DNA from: Rhina ancylostomus
Lineage: Eukaryota
Reading direction: 5' to 3'
Assembly: GCA_030265395.1 (NCBI GenBank)
Contig: JARFYF010000068.1
Location: 11,309,337-11,373,336, forward strand
Length of the DNA stretch: 64,000 nt
Shown here: positions 14,412 through 27,149 of the stretch, piece after piece
How the letters are laid out: each line of letters opens with the position of its first letter
How positions within the stretch are numbered: position 1 is the first letter of the stretch
Program-made: the position numbers and the translations under genes
Notes under the pieces: model-generated
Databases searched by the model: none
What the model saw: only the letters and a program-made list of their open reading frames with translations
What the model was told of the DNA's origin: nothing

Positions 14412-14617
14412 AGAGTGGTGTACTCCAGAGCAGTCCTGTGTTCTCTATTCCTTTGTGAAGATCCAGTTCGTGTTGGGATTCCTCTTCTCATCTCCGAGGC
14501 AAGATTCCTTCCAGTTACTTCTTGTGTTTGTCCTGAGGAAGTATCCTGACTCCAGTCTTGTATCAGTGTGACGCCTTTGGGTTCTCTGTGAGTTTTCTCT
14601 GGCTCAACATTGTGACT
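14412..14617 (-). mobile_element. Solo-LTR-like element (copy 4, partial, reverse orientation)
   Basis: agagtggtgtactccagagcagtcctgtg...gaggcaagattccttccagt...aacattgtgac matches the 22473-22878 and 35005-35411 copies. The left part is in an N-gap. Confidence 0.88.
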
Positions 14618-15157
14618 TCCCGCTCGACACAAAGACAGACATCTGGAAAACCTCAAAGCAGCAACCGTGAGAGCAATATATTCGAATGGATATTCCGGAT
14701 CGATGCCTGCATTAGTACTAATAGGGAAGAGGCAACATTACAGTATGTAGTACCACTTATTGGTTGGAAAATAAACAGAGGCTTCGATTTGAATGGAGGA
14801 ATCAGGAGGTGGAGAGGATTATGTGTAGTTTGAACCCTGTTTTCAAAGGGTGGGGTAGAGCCTGGTATGTGAATCATGGAAACAGATTACGAGGGGTTCA
14901 TGGGCAGGAGGAACCGGTGAGGGATCAAATGAAAGGGTTGAAGAAAGGAAGGAAAAAAGCATTGCAAGCCTGTAGGATCAGAGCACAGAGAAACAGAAAA
15001 TTCAACGTTTTTATCAATGTTCAAAACGATAAGAGCAGAATATGAAATGGTGCTTTTGCATCTATGTTGCAATGGATATTGCCTAGAAAAGACGTTGATG
15101 TGAGAGAGTGATGCAGAGTTGAATGAACATGCAACTGAAATATCACGCTAGCCATGC

Positions 15158-15250
15158 CAGAGAGAGAGAGAGAGATAGATAGAGAGAGAGGGGGGGGGAG
15201 AGAGAGGGGGGGAATGAGAGAGAGGGGTAGAGAGGTAGAGAGAGAGAGAT
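15158..15250. repeat. (AG)n / purine-rich simple repeat
   Basis: Read directly: agagagagagagagagatagatagagagagagggggggg... Confidence 0.95.
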
Positions 15251-16000
15251 ATTATAGAAAATGCACAAAAGAATGGTCACGTATACAGTTCATTTCACCA
15301 GAGCAGCAGAGGTTATATCACCACAACCGAATGCAGTCTACCAGATTGGACGGGCGACATAACATGTTCGTCATATCACACTGGTTGCACTATCATTAGG
15401 CACACAACTGAATCAACGACATATCTGTTCAAACAATGCAGATTGCTTTTATTTAGCAAGATTCTCGCCTGAGAGACACTCCAAAGGATCACTCTCCTTT
15501 AAACACTTCGCTCCTTTGTTGTTGTTTGCTGTGAACAACATGTCCATTCAGAATCAAACGGTCCATTTTTTTTGTTTGACTTACCTATACTACATGCAGC
15601 TGCAAATTACAATATTTAACTATTACGTGGCGGAAATGAAAGAAGATGTAGATCAGGTCTAGAAAATAACTAATGAAGTATTCGTGAAATAGAAACGGCA
15701 TATATCCCATAGAAACTGTTCTCAGTAATATGCAATACATATTATTGCTCTTGTCTAGTGTTTCATTTGTTGAAATATTTACATGCTGGGACATCGGTAT
15801 GCAGCTTACCACTTTAACCGTGATCACAGTCACATGTTAAGCACGGCCAAATTAATAAGATCAACGTGACTGAATAATCACAGCAATAGTGCCTGTTGAT
15901 TCCACCCTGGATATTTATAATCAAATTTAAACATATAAATTTGAAATCAGGAGCTCCGTGTTGTTGTGAAAATTTCTGGAACTGTTGCTTCCCTTGCATT

Positions 16001-19000
16001 ATGAAACAGCTTGTAATCCTGCAGACGGGAAGTATTTACTATTCTCTGCTTTTAATAATTGTTCCAGGTAATCACCTACAGATGGCACTGCAGACATATA
16101 TTGATCTATTATACATGAATAAACCACAGATAAAATGTCCGAAAGTGACTTGTTTTCTCTCAAGTTATCAACGCAAATAACTGACAGAAATTAACAAAAT
16201 AATTCCGGAAGTTTACTTTTCCTCAGTAATGTACCTGAACGGCAATATTCTGCTGCAATCATTTGTGCACTGGACTGAGCAATGAAAGCAACGATATTGG
16301 AATATATAGGTGCAAAACTTCAATATCTGCTTTATTTCACTCAGCCGAATGAACGATGTGCTTCCGCTCAGTCGTAAAGTCTGTTTTAACAATGGGAGAA
16401 TGCAAGTTTCCAACGAAGGTTCTGCAGGAAAATTGAGAGTTTCGTGCATGTTCTGTTTTGATTGTACGCAACAGATTCTGCCCAGATTTATTACATGGAA
16501 GAAAAGTAAATTAACGTGCCAAGCAACCTTTGCTGCTTAGAGCTAAAAATCACGAAAAATTCCAATTATGAATTTATTGTTGAAACTAACGGGTTGCAAA
16601 AACATTTTCATGGATGCTCTCCGGATATCTGACGAACATATGCAATATATTCAGACGAATCATTCACAGGATATGCACGCTGCAGTATACGTTTTAATTG
16701 ATAAGTTATCGGCAAGTTGGCTATGCATTAACAACAGAACGGAATGTGTGGTTTATTTTAATGCTTGGTACCCTCGGCAGTAATGTGCGCCATGAAAATG
16801 CAAACTATTCTCTAGCTTACAGTTTGATGAACCGAGATTTATTGTTCTTAATTATTACTACTTTTAATGTATGTATGTATGGGACTTCCTAAGCCGTAAG
16901 TTGTTTTGAAAAAAAAGAATACCAAGAGCTTTCTGTAACGATGGACACGGACAATAAGGCATTATAATAAGGCAAAGAATAAGACTTCTAACATAGCGGT
17001 AACGTTTCCAGAAGGGTGAACTGATAATTTTCTAAGATATATTGAAGAAAGATAACGCCCTCTGCTTCTCGCTTGTTCCGCCCAGTTTCCTTAAGGAATG
17101 GTGATTTACGTGTTGAGGATCCATTTAGACATAAGTGTTGTGAAAGGACATCAGGGGAGGAGAGGATGGGTTGCCTGAGATTCAGCTGTTGGTGTACACA
17201 CATTTCGTAATGTGGCGTTCGAGAACTTCTACGTGCATCAGGAAATTCAGAGACACAGAGCATATACACATGGAAAGGAATCGTTGTCTCTTTACTCATG
17301 CTGTTACATGTCACCAAGTTTTTGTATTGAAGCGGGAGCTGACCTTATTGAGTTAATGGTGCCACATAATTCCTACCGAACCCATCCGATATACAGTAGC
17401 CAAAACACGAGACATTTCGTCATGTTATTTTATTTATTTAAAGATGAGTGTGTATTTACAATCTTTGCATGTAATTTTAAAAAAACAATGGAAAGCCCAT
17501 CGTAACAAGGTGTTGTGAAAAGGCCCCTGTATTTCTCCGGGAGAGAAACACAGACTTTTTTATTTCTGTGTGATCGGTTCGCCTTGCAAGATTGCCGATG
17601 GAACCACATTTCCAGGGTATTATGAACAGGAGGTCTTCATTAGCAGAATGCACGAGAAGCAGTCAGGACAGAGGGTGGGATATAAACACGATGTTTCTGG
17701 CATGTCTGCGCCATTAACTTATTGAAATATTGTGCCAATTGGCCCAACTCGTGCTGTCCGGCTGGATGCAATGTTATTCTATCTGTTGTGAAGAACAGTC
17801 TAAAACTTCCAAACTTCAACCCTTGTGTTGAAAGTGGAACTGCATGAAGAGCTGGGGATCAGATGTCGGACTTTCCTTCAGTCCACCTCTCTGCTGATTC
17901 GAATAATGAGTAGCTGAATGGAATTAATGAGGTCAATAAACATCCTGCTATCATTTTGATGCAGGGGCGGCAGACATCGAAATGTTAATTTCAGAGTGGT
18001 TGCAAACTCGGTGAGTGAAATTAAATGAAAGCATCAGTTGGTATTATATTTTCAAGTATCTTCTAATTATTTGCCAGTAACATACTATTTTAAGGAAATC
18101 AACTTCTTCGATGGGCAGAATGTTTTACTCACTTTGTGAAATATTTTCGAATAGTTGTTGCACTCCAGAAGTTCAATGCTATTTAACTGCCAAAGGATTT
18201 CGGGCTTTCCAGGAGGGTGGGCCTTATGGTATATTGATTGACACCGAATCACCATTCTGATCTAATCCGCGGGGAGTACCTCTACGAGACGTCCCGACTG
18301 GACATGGAAAGTCAGCTTGCTTCGTCCACCATATCGGAGGTGTCACTGTGGACGTGGCTTCTATGGTTCGTGATTCACGGTAGAATGCTGCTTCCAATAC
18401 AAATGTTCTCACTATTGAAACAGAGGAAACTATTGTAAGTATCGAGTAAAAATAAGGAGGATATTTCGTGCCTAGGATAGTTTAGTAATTGTACACTGAA
18501 CAGCCATTTCGAAAAGATTCTTCAAGTGCAAGTGATTGGAATAAGATAGGGGTGATTTCGAAATCATTGTTTCATAATTCTAAAATTCGTTCCAAAATTT
18601 TGAAGGGGAATAAAAAAGAAACGAGCATGAGTAACAAATTGCAGCAAACATTCCATCTACTTCTCTGTGTTTTTTTTTGTCTCATGTGCTTCTTTTTCTT
18701 TGTTTGTTGGTAATGTGCTTGCAATCTTCATCCTTTCTTCCAAAATATGTCTTAAATCAATGATGTCACCGGACCCAATGATATTAGTTTTCTATGTAAT
18801 ATTGTATCATTTCAAGGAGGCGATTTCCTTTATTATTTTCTCAATTGTGTAGCCTTCTTTTTGTTCTCAATTATCTTCTGCTTGATTACTCTGTCAATCT
18901 ACCTGTTGCTTTTGTACATTATCGATGTTTTGCTGTTTATTTCCAGTCACTGCGCACAAAGTATTGCAGAACTAAAATTACATAGAAGGCTTTTGCATTG

Positions 19001-19848
19001 GTGATTTTGTTAAGCATCTCTTAAAACATACTGATCTATTTTATATTTGAATCTCGAGAAATAATTAACAATGTTCCATGGACCTGTTACAGAAAGTCAA
19101 GCTTCTTCAGTTCACCGAACTCGTCGTGTTTTTGTGGTTTGCAAATGTCAACCCCAAAACAACATCTGATGTGACCCTGTTGCTTAATTCCGTGAAAATA
19201 AAACATACATTGGAAAACAAGGTCAGAATCAAACTCCGAGGAAATAACAGTGACAGATGCAAGAATAATCAAAAGACTGATGACAGAATGATTTTACTGG
19301 TTATACTATCTGCCAATTTTATAATCTTATTGTGGTAAATCTTCCGTGCTTCATCTATGTAGAGTTTATATATACCCAATTTCTGGAAACAGATTACAAT
19401 GTTTATTTTGTAGCGGATAGCTACGGATAAACGAGATACTCGTGTGCAGTCGGAGGTCGTTGAGCCAGAAGTCCTGAATCACCCCCTACCGGCGCTTATA
19501 TGCCGTTTGAAAGTTCCGCGCTATCTTCGCTTTGCTGACGTCACGCTGGTCATCTGGCCTTTGCCGCGCCCGGGCTTTCATTGTTATTAATGAAGACGTA
19601 GGGCCTGGCTCCATCTTGGGCCGGGAAGTTCCGTCAACGCGAGCCGCCGCGGGAGCCGGTTCGGAGCAGGTAGGTGCGTCGTTACAATTTCATAATTTCA
19701 GAAAAAAATATGGGTATATGCTGATGTATCTGCATATACTTCCACAAATATCTTCATTTGTGCGGTTTCAGAGTAGCTACAAAGAATATGGCTTGGCGTT
19801 CTTTTTTTTCTTATTTCACATTTGTTCAAATACTATATGCCTGTTTAG
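16001..19848 (+). pseudogene. GPR139/142-like GPCR pseudogene (gene 3); exon 1 16001-16067, decayed exon 2 ~18709-19848
   Basis: Exon 1 reads MKQLVILQTGSIYYSLLLIIVP|gtaatc. The exon-2 homologue has lost its AG acceptor and has many stops and indels, but keeps NVLAIFILSS, NKVRIKLRGNNSD and ILLVILSANFIILLW. It is split by a 278-bp LTR at 19409. Confidence 0.88.
19409..19686. mobile_element. GC-rich solo LTR (probably Gypsy-type), 4-bp TSD ATTT
   Basis: Ends are TGTAGCG...CGTTACA. ATTT occurs at 19405-19408 and 19687-19690. GPCR homology (gattacaatgtttattt|cataatttcagaaaaa..gggtatatgctg) is continuous once the element is removed. Confidence 0.85.
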
Positions 19849-22190
19849 GACGAAAGGGACTGTATGCAAACAAAGTTACTGTAGCACTTAATTTGAGACG
19901 CGGACATATAAATCTGCAAGATGCAATTTCCTTTGGCGTCGTCTTCATTTCTAACATTTGTTTGGATGTTTAAATTTTAAAACAATAAGCAACAGCAAGC
20001 AGCCTTTCTTCGGAAATGTAACAAATACAATTAAATAAGTGCATTTGCTTTATTTTACTGAATTAAAAATAAGAACGGCCGCAGAAAATGCTGAACATAC
20101 ATGACGTACGCGGACGCTTTTGGGAAGAGAGCACCTCTTCAGGTTGATGATCGTTCATTGGGGCTGGAGAAAAAGTTAAAACGAACGTGATGTGATTTTC
20201 AGACAATAGGTTGTGCATGCTGCATGACAGAAGAAGGCATTACGTTGTCTGATAGATGCCAAGAGTACGGGAAAATATAAGTTATGTTACTGTCAACTGA
20301 TAGAGTAGGTGTAGTCTTATAAATCGCGCTTAATCTCCTGCAGGAGAAAGAAAGCGGGCGGCAGAAACTGAGGTTCTAGTAAATGAGATGGAATTGCAGC
20401 TACAGGGAAAAATATGAAAAAAAATCGAAACACTTAACAGTTGAGACAATACAGTGGAGAGAGAACACAGAGCTAATGGCGTAGGCTGATGACCGATCCT
20501 CGGATTCTGTGTGTTATGATGCAAGTGGGAAAACCTCGTTGTTGGAAATTGTCGAATTCATTACCCATGGGGTCGAGACCGCCTAGAGTGTGAGTGGAAT
20601 AGGAAACAGAATGCTCAATGTTTATCCTGCGGACTTCACAATTGTGTTCGCCAAAACAGTAAAATAGTTCACTGTAGACAGACCACATTTTCATAAATAA
20701 GTTTAGCGTAGTGAATTCGAAGTACATGTCAATACCTACTAAATCTAAGAGGCTTGCTGGGTCTTCTTGGGTGCCACTAGTAATAATACAGGTGGAAGGT
20801 CTCGCGTGGCTGCATGGTGAAAAGCCGAAGAAGGTGAAGATTTGCTTGGGATTGAAGAGTGAAACAGAGTATCTGAAAAGGGACCAGAGGGACCGAATGA
20901 TAGTCTCATCACTTACGTCAATAAGAGGCTGATGGGTGTAAAGGGTGAATCAATGGAATCTCTGTCGTGTTCTGGAATGGAGGAATGTTAGGACAGATGC
21001 AGAGACGAAGCAATGGAATCGACATGTTCTGATATATTAAGGTCTTGACAAAGCGAATGTACGGTGAATTAAAAATGAACTATTCTAGAAGGTCCAAGTA
21101 TATTTCGTCAGCAGAAGTATGACAAAGATGATAAAACTGAGGAATGCACTTAGAACTAATGGGAAGCTAGGAAATGTCCAGTTAAGGTGACAATTGCAGT
21201 TTGTGGAATTATAACCTATTATTTGAGATGTAAATAGAGTATTCGAAGAAAAACAAGGAGATTGGATGCATGAAATAAGCTTAGGGAAAATTAAAACCAG
21301 ATTTGCAGAAAATTGAGACCAAGTGTGAGAACAGAATCCAACATGGATACAGTCATCAATGCACCAGTATTGATGTCACAGAGTTGACCTTAGTCAGTCA
21401 CTGAGATGTACAAGACAGATACTCTGCATTCTTTCCTCAACGCCCATCCTGACCTTATTTTCAATTTGCACTCATTCCATTTGGCAGCAGAAGAACTGTG
21501 CCTTGCATAGCCGTCGGAAATGCCTGTCTAAGTTTACAGGATACGTGGTGATTGCATTTGATTCTACCATCTCCTCTGCTAGCGAATATTAGATATCGAC
21601 CACTCTCGGTATCAGCGAAAGAACGGACCTTCGATTTCTTTTCAAATCTACCTTTTTCTCGCTAAAAATATGTGCCCTCTTGTTTTTGATGACATGACAT
21701 CTGTCATAATGTCTGGAGTATTTTATTCTACACCACCATCGTTGGAGGTAAACAGGCGTTACACCTTATTCACCAACATACTTAACACTATTGCCAACTT
21801 CGTGGCCATCCGATGTCTAAGAATTCTCACCCCAAAAGCCCTGGGGGTAAGTGTAGAAATCACACAGTGCCTGTGTTGCAAGCTATAGTCGGTGTGCCCT
21901 TCAGAAATCAAGTTAAACCTTGCCAATGAATGTACAGAAAAGAATCACTTGATTCTTTTCAAGAAACGCCAGCATTTCTGAGTACACATCTGTCTTCATG
22001 GAAATTAATTTAGGGGTGAACGGCATCATTTGTGTGCATATCACATGTGTGACATCAGCGATTGTTGACAAAAATGCAATTTCTTGCGAGTATTCTCACC
22101 CAAAAATAAGCTTTAGTGTAATACCACAATACCACTTTCATCCAGATTGAAAGTTCAAAGTTCATTACTATAAGTCGGTATAGTTTATTA

Positions 22191-22246
22191 ACAACCGTAG
22201 CCATCTGGAAAACTGACAACCGTAGCCATCTGGAAAACTAACAACC
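22191..22246. repeat. 25-bp tandem duplication
   Basis: acaaccgtagccatctggaaaact(g/a) occurs twice. The paralogous site at ~6820 has one copy. Confidence 0.9.
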
Positions 22247-22472
22247 AGTTCTGGAACTACTGTGATCTATACATTTCTTCTGTAAACTCTTCCCTCATAA
22301 ACTCCAATACCATACTTCTATTTTACACATCAAATCATGGACGATATTGATATTGGACAAATATGAATGAACATATGTGAATATTTTACCACGTTTTTCC
22401 ACGCTATCCTTCAATTTCATATACTTCTTAATGCAACAACTCTACGTGAGGCTGAGACAGTGGAAGAGGAAG

Positions 22473-22878
22473 TGTCATGGTTCTAGGTTTTGGACCTCAA
22501 TATTTCTCCTTTTAATCTTTGTTATATAGCATGTGGTTTCCATGCTGGACTGTTTGCATAATGACACACACCTGATCCTCATCAGGGGACTAGCATAAGT
22601 ACCTGTGTTTCTCTAGCACTAGTTTACAGAGTATTGGTCTACCTTTGGGTATACTTTGGCTCCTAGTTGCTTCGAGTGGTCTACTCTATAGCTGTCCTGT
22701 GTTCTCTATTCCTTTTCGAAATCCGGTTTGTGTTAGGATTCCTCTTCAGATCTCTGAGGCAAGATTCCTTCCAGTTGCTGCCTGTGTTTGTCCTAAGGAA
22801 GTAGCCTGACTCCAGTCTTGTACCAGTGTGTCGCATGTGGGTTCTCTGTGAGCTTCCTCTTTGTTCAGCATTGTGACA
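22473..22878 (-). mobile_element. Complete 406-bp solo-LTR-like element (copy 5), 5-bp TSD GGAAG
   Basis: TGTCATGG...ATTGTGACA, with GGAAG at 22468-22472 and 22879-22883. Confidence 0.92.
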
Positions 22879-23305
22879 GGAAGGCGCTTAGTGATAATTA
22901 ATAACCAGTTAGGCTCAAAATTGTTCGCAGTGTGAGTCTTTTTGAATTGATAATTGGCAGATTGCGGAATGATATTTTTCCTGATAGTGAATTAATCTCC
23001 CTCCCATTAATCGAGTTGAACGTCTCCACATGCTGCAATGACGACGCGCACTGAATACGTTGAAGTGTTTTAATTCTGAAAACAACTGCCATTAATTTAT
23101 TTTTGTTCACCACTGTCCTTGCATTGTGTTGTAAGCTGCACGTGAAAAATGCACAATGTCGCTCTTCCTATTTGCCTTCGTCCTCTCCGAAACAATGTGG
23201 AAGGTCAAAGACAAACAAGTCAATGTGGGAGACAGAAGCAAGTTGAAACAACATTCAATTGAAAGTTGGATATGGCCGTTAGGGACAGAGTGCAGGTGGA
23301 CCACT

Positions 23306-23343
23306 TGTTACGGACTCAGACTATTAGTGAGGTTCCTTTAAGA

Positions 23344-23379
<36 letters not shown>

Positions 23380-23479
23380 NNNNNNNNNNNNNNNNNNNNN
23401 NNNNNNNNNNNNNNNNNNNNNNNNNNNNNNNNNNNNNNNNNNNNNNNNNNNNNNNNNNNNNNNNNNNNNNNNNNNNNNN

Positions 23480-23529
<50 letters not shown>

Positions 23530-25870
23530 CTTGGTTTAGTTTGATCAATATCTAATATCTAAAGTTTTCTTTTCTTTTCTCTTAACAAATAGATTGCAAC
23601 GTGGAAACCTGTCTCATTGTGTTTCTATTGATACTGGCACGTAACAAAATGACGGGCTCGTCCGGGACCCATCCAAGATTGACGAGAGCCATCCGGGATC
23701 GAACACAAGACTGCACGATATGTCTGCGTTTGAAACAAATTGGGGCTTATTGAACGAATGATTGTCTATCTACCTGATAAATTACTTTTCGATTGGCCAG
23801 CGTACATGGAAACCAACAACAATGGATGTTGATGCATTCCTAAGATCTCCAACCCCAGAGGGATTGCAGGGAGCAAAGAAGACAGATTTGTTGAGCATTG
23901 AAAAAATGTTAAAAGTTGAAGCAACAAAGCCCCCTATAAAAAAAATTCAGAGACTGATGGCTGCAAGTTTTGTGTGTAAGGCGTGTTGGAGGAGGACGTG
24001 TTAGAACAGTTTCCTGGGAGTTAAAACATCTCTGAGGTCGAGCGGCAGCTGGCAAAGATGCAGTTCGAGCAAAAGAAGCTAGAAATAGAGCTTGAGCTAG
24101 AACAAAAGAGGATAGACACTGAAATAGAACAAGGTAAGATAAATGATGAGATATAAATGAAGAGGCCAGAGGCGATAGAACAGGAGAAACAGTGGCAGCA
24201 TGAGGTAGAAATGAATCGTCGGGGTTCTGTTTCTGATCCTGCTGGTTGCCTTATGGCCATTAGTGAGGTTCGATTAGTTCCTCCTTTTGAAGAGGATCAG
24301 GTTGATCAGTATTTTCAGCATTTTGAAAAAGTTCTCGGAGTTCAACGTGGCCACGGTACGGTTGGGCTTTTATGTTGCAATGTTTCATTAAGGGTAAAGC
24401 TCAACGAGCTTCTTTTTCCATGTCTGTTTGTGAAGCCGCGATGAAATAGTAAAACAGGCTGTGCTTAAAGCCTATGAATTGGTTCCTGAAGTTTACAGGA
24501 AAAAGTTAAAGGATCTGAGGAAATCTGTGGAGCAGACTTGCACCGTATTTGTTAATGTAAGAAGTGTGTGTTTTGAACGATGGTGCACGTCTACAGGTAT
24601 AAATGATGATTATAACAGAATGTAAGAGTTGATTTAGAGGAATAATTTATAAGTTGTGCCCAGGATGACCTTAAAACATATTTAAATGAGAAGGAAGTGG
24701 CAGCTTGGCACGAAAATGATAAGTTAGCAGATGAGTTTGCTGGAAACCACAACTGTAAGTTGCGACAAACTAAGACCTTCCAGAAGAGTTACAGGGATGA
24801 TCCAGGTAAATCAGAAATTAAGTTGGGAAGTAGGACAAAGGGCAAGAATTATCGGAAGCAAATGTTGGATAAACCTGTGTAACGGACTTTTTATTATTTG
24901 AGAAATCTGATCATGCGATTGCTAATTGTTCCCTCCTGAAGAAAAAGAAAGAAAAGGAGGCAGTGCCAAATACTTGTTTGCATGTAGTTGAAAGAACTAG
25001 AAATGAAAAGGGTTCTGGACATGCTGATGAACTCCATCCTTGCCAGAGGCAAATGCTGAAATGTCATCGGAGATAGGGATGAATTTCGTTCTTTTCAGTC
25101 AGAGGGTTTTGTTTCAGTGAAAGATGGGTCACCCTAAGTGCCAGTGAAAATAGAGATACTGGTGCCTCTCAGTCCATCTTGTAAGACAGTGTTTTAACGT
25201 TTGTTGAGGAGATTGCCACTGATGAGGAAAATCTATTGCGAGGCATTACAGTTGTCACTGTGTCTGTCCCTCTGCATAAGGTAATTTTGAAGAGAGTTAG
25301 TAGAAGGAACTATTAGGATAGGACGACGGCCTAGTTTACCAGTGGAAGGAGTTTCTTTGTTATTAGGGAATTACCTTTCAGGTGATGAAATTGTCGCCGA
25401 GGCACAGCTGACAACGAAACCAATAAAGATCGATTAAATTGTGTATCGATCCTGTGCAGTGACTCGAGCTAGGACTAAGGAATTGACAAATGGAGATGGC
25501 CTTGTGCAGCCTGATTTTATTCCCTGTGACAACCCAAAACAGGATTCAAGTTAGGATGAGTCGTCATAGCCTTTTATTTTATTCACTTCTGGATCAAAAT
25601 CCTTGTGTTGAGTCCGAGTGTAAAGATTTGTCTCTATCTAGAAAATAGTTTATAATGGAGCAGACTAAAGAACGTGAGCTCACGATGTTGAAAGAAAAAG
25701 TACTCTCAAGTGATGAGATTGAGGAAGTGCCAGTTGGATATTCTTTCAAAAATTGAGTGATAATGAGGAAGTTGAGACCTCCTGATATTCCTGCTCGTGA
25801 GGAATGGACACTTGTTCACCAGGTTGTGGTTCCTAAATTTTATAGCATAGCGATGAGATTTTAAGCACGA
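23306..25870 (+). mobile_element. Decayed, 3'-truncated Gypsy LTR retrotransposon (Gmr1-like): 5' LTR, PBS, gag, protease, start of integrase region
   Basis: LTR TGTTACG(23306)...CGTAACA(23646), then tgacgggctcgtccgggac, which resembles the tRNA-Pro PBS TGGGGGCTCGTCCGGGAT. Broken ORF pieces include MDVDAFLRSPT..., a coiled coil, RLVPPFEEDQVDQYFQHFEKV, a decayed zinc knuckle (~24890-24930), protease RDTGASQS (~25153), GVSLLLGN, CAVTRA and HQVVVPKFY (~25820). Many stops and frameshifts. Confidence 0.85.
23346..23527. repeat. (GT)n-gap-(AC)n microsatellite within the Gypsy LTR
   Basis: Read directly; the two tracts are in opposite orientation either side of a 100-N gap. Confidence 0.9.
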
Positions 25871-26129
25871 CCCACCATCTGACCATATGTTTTTGCCAAG
25901 GGGTCATAATTGACCACATGATTGCAAATCAAATGCTGCCGTGAGACGCGTTGGAATATTTGTCACGCATCCACTTATGAATAATTGAACGGTTATGCTT
26001 GTTGATTCTGAGAATGAATAGACTTGTGTACATGTGCAGGGACTTCTGCAGCTACCCAACATGACGAAATAACGTTGGAAGATTCCAGCTGCGAAGCATC
26101 AACCGTTGAAAGAAACTGTGTAATCGAAT

Positions 26130-26520
26130 TTCCGGTGCAGATCTTGCAGAAGGAGTGAGAGGGCACGGGAAAAATGCCAGCCTAGTGCCATACGTAGCTG
26201 TGTGTGTAAAGGTGTAGGGCAAAGTTTAGAAATAATAGGTGGTACCAGATGGCGGGGACGATGGATAGATTGAACTCGTTGAGACTAGGTTGAGCAGCGA
26301 CTGGGAAGTGATAGCGAGAGCCAGATGGGGAGGAGATGCTATTATTATTGGACCAGCAGTGGTGGTGGGCGAGGACAGAGCTGGCAAGTGTTAGGTAGAA
26401 CCACACGGAGAGAGGGTGATTGAGGGATGAGATGGTATTGGCTGAGAGGCTGGTAGGTGATGGGTGGAGCCAGATGTGGACTGAGTGGTGGCCATCCAGG
26501 GCCGGAAAGGAGGGCGCACA
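26130..26520. mobile_element. Decayed purine-rich repeat, probably Penelope-derived (paralogue at ~52150-52540)
   Basis: G/A-rich tract (aataataggtgg..ccagatgg..gctggcaagtg..aggtag) resembling Penelope-type terminal repeats. Family assigned by recall only. Confidence 0.35.
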
Positions 26521-27149
26521 GGAAGACGAATAAACGGAGAGAAAAACTGGACAGGCAAGTGTGCCATATCTTTGTGTTGTAAGGTACCCAAAAGCAGTAT
26601 GATATATTGCACTTTCTTTTTTTTCTCTCTATCCGGAGCAATGGATGACAGATAGGTGGGTGTGTAGTGGGAAAGAGGGGCAAAATTAAATGCAACAGTA
26701 ATCTCGAATTGACGGTGCGGACCGAGCGGCAGTGCCCAGTCAACGCTTGGTTTCAGAGGACACAACATCTCCAACACCGAATGTTGTCAAGCCGGTTTCA
26801 AAAGGTCCAACTAAATATTGTCCTCCCCTTGAAGGACTGCCCGCCGTCTTTGTGATGTTCCTCTTAAAAATAACATTCAATCAGTCGCATATCTAGTTAA
26901 ACAATGTCAATCGTCAATATTGGAATACAGTTGACAATTCCCGTGTGAATGCCACTGTATGCGATGACAACCTTTAAAAAAATACCTTTTCTGGTTTGCT
27001 TTAGAGGGAAATATTTCTGACAAGTTTTCAAGCTGCATCACAGTTTCGGAAAATGTGAATGTTTTTTCCCTTACAGAACTGAACTAGCTTCAGACTTTAT
27101 TTGTAAATGGTACGTGGTGGAAGTAAAGTGAGATACAAATCAATGGTTG

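Noticed and set aside
22191-22246. Short direct repeats resembling a CRISPR unit
   Set aside because: Two adjacent copies with no spacer in eukaryotic DNA; a simple tandem duplication.
23346-23527. Apparent (GT)n/(AC)n inverted repeat and CVCV/HTHT ORFs
   Set aside because: Microsatellite translations either side of a gap; the inversion may be an assembly artefact.
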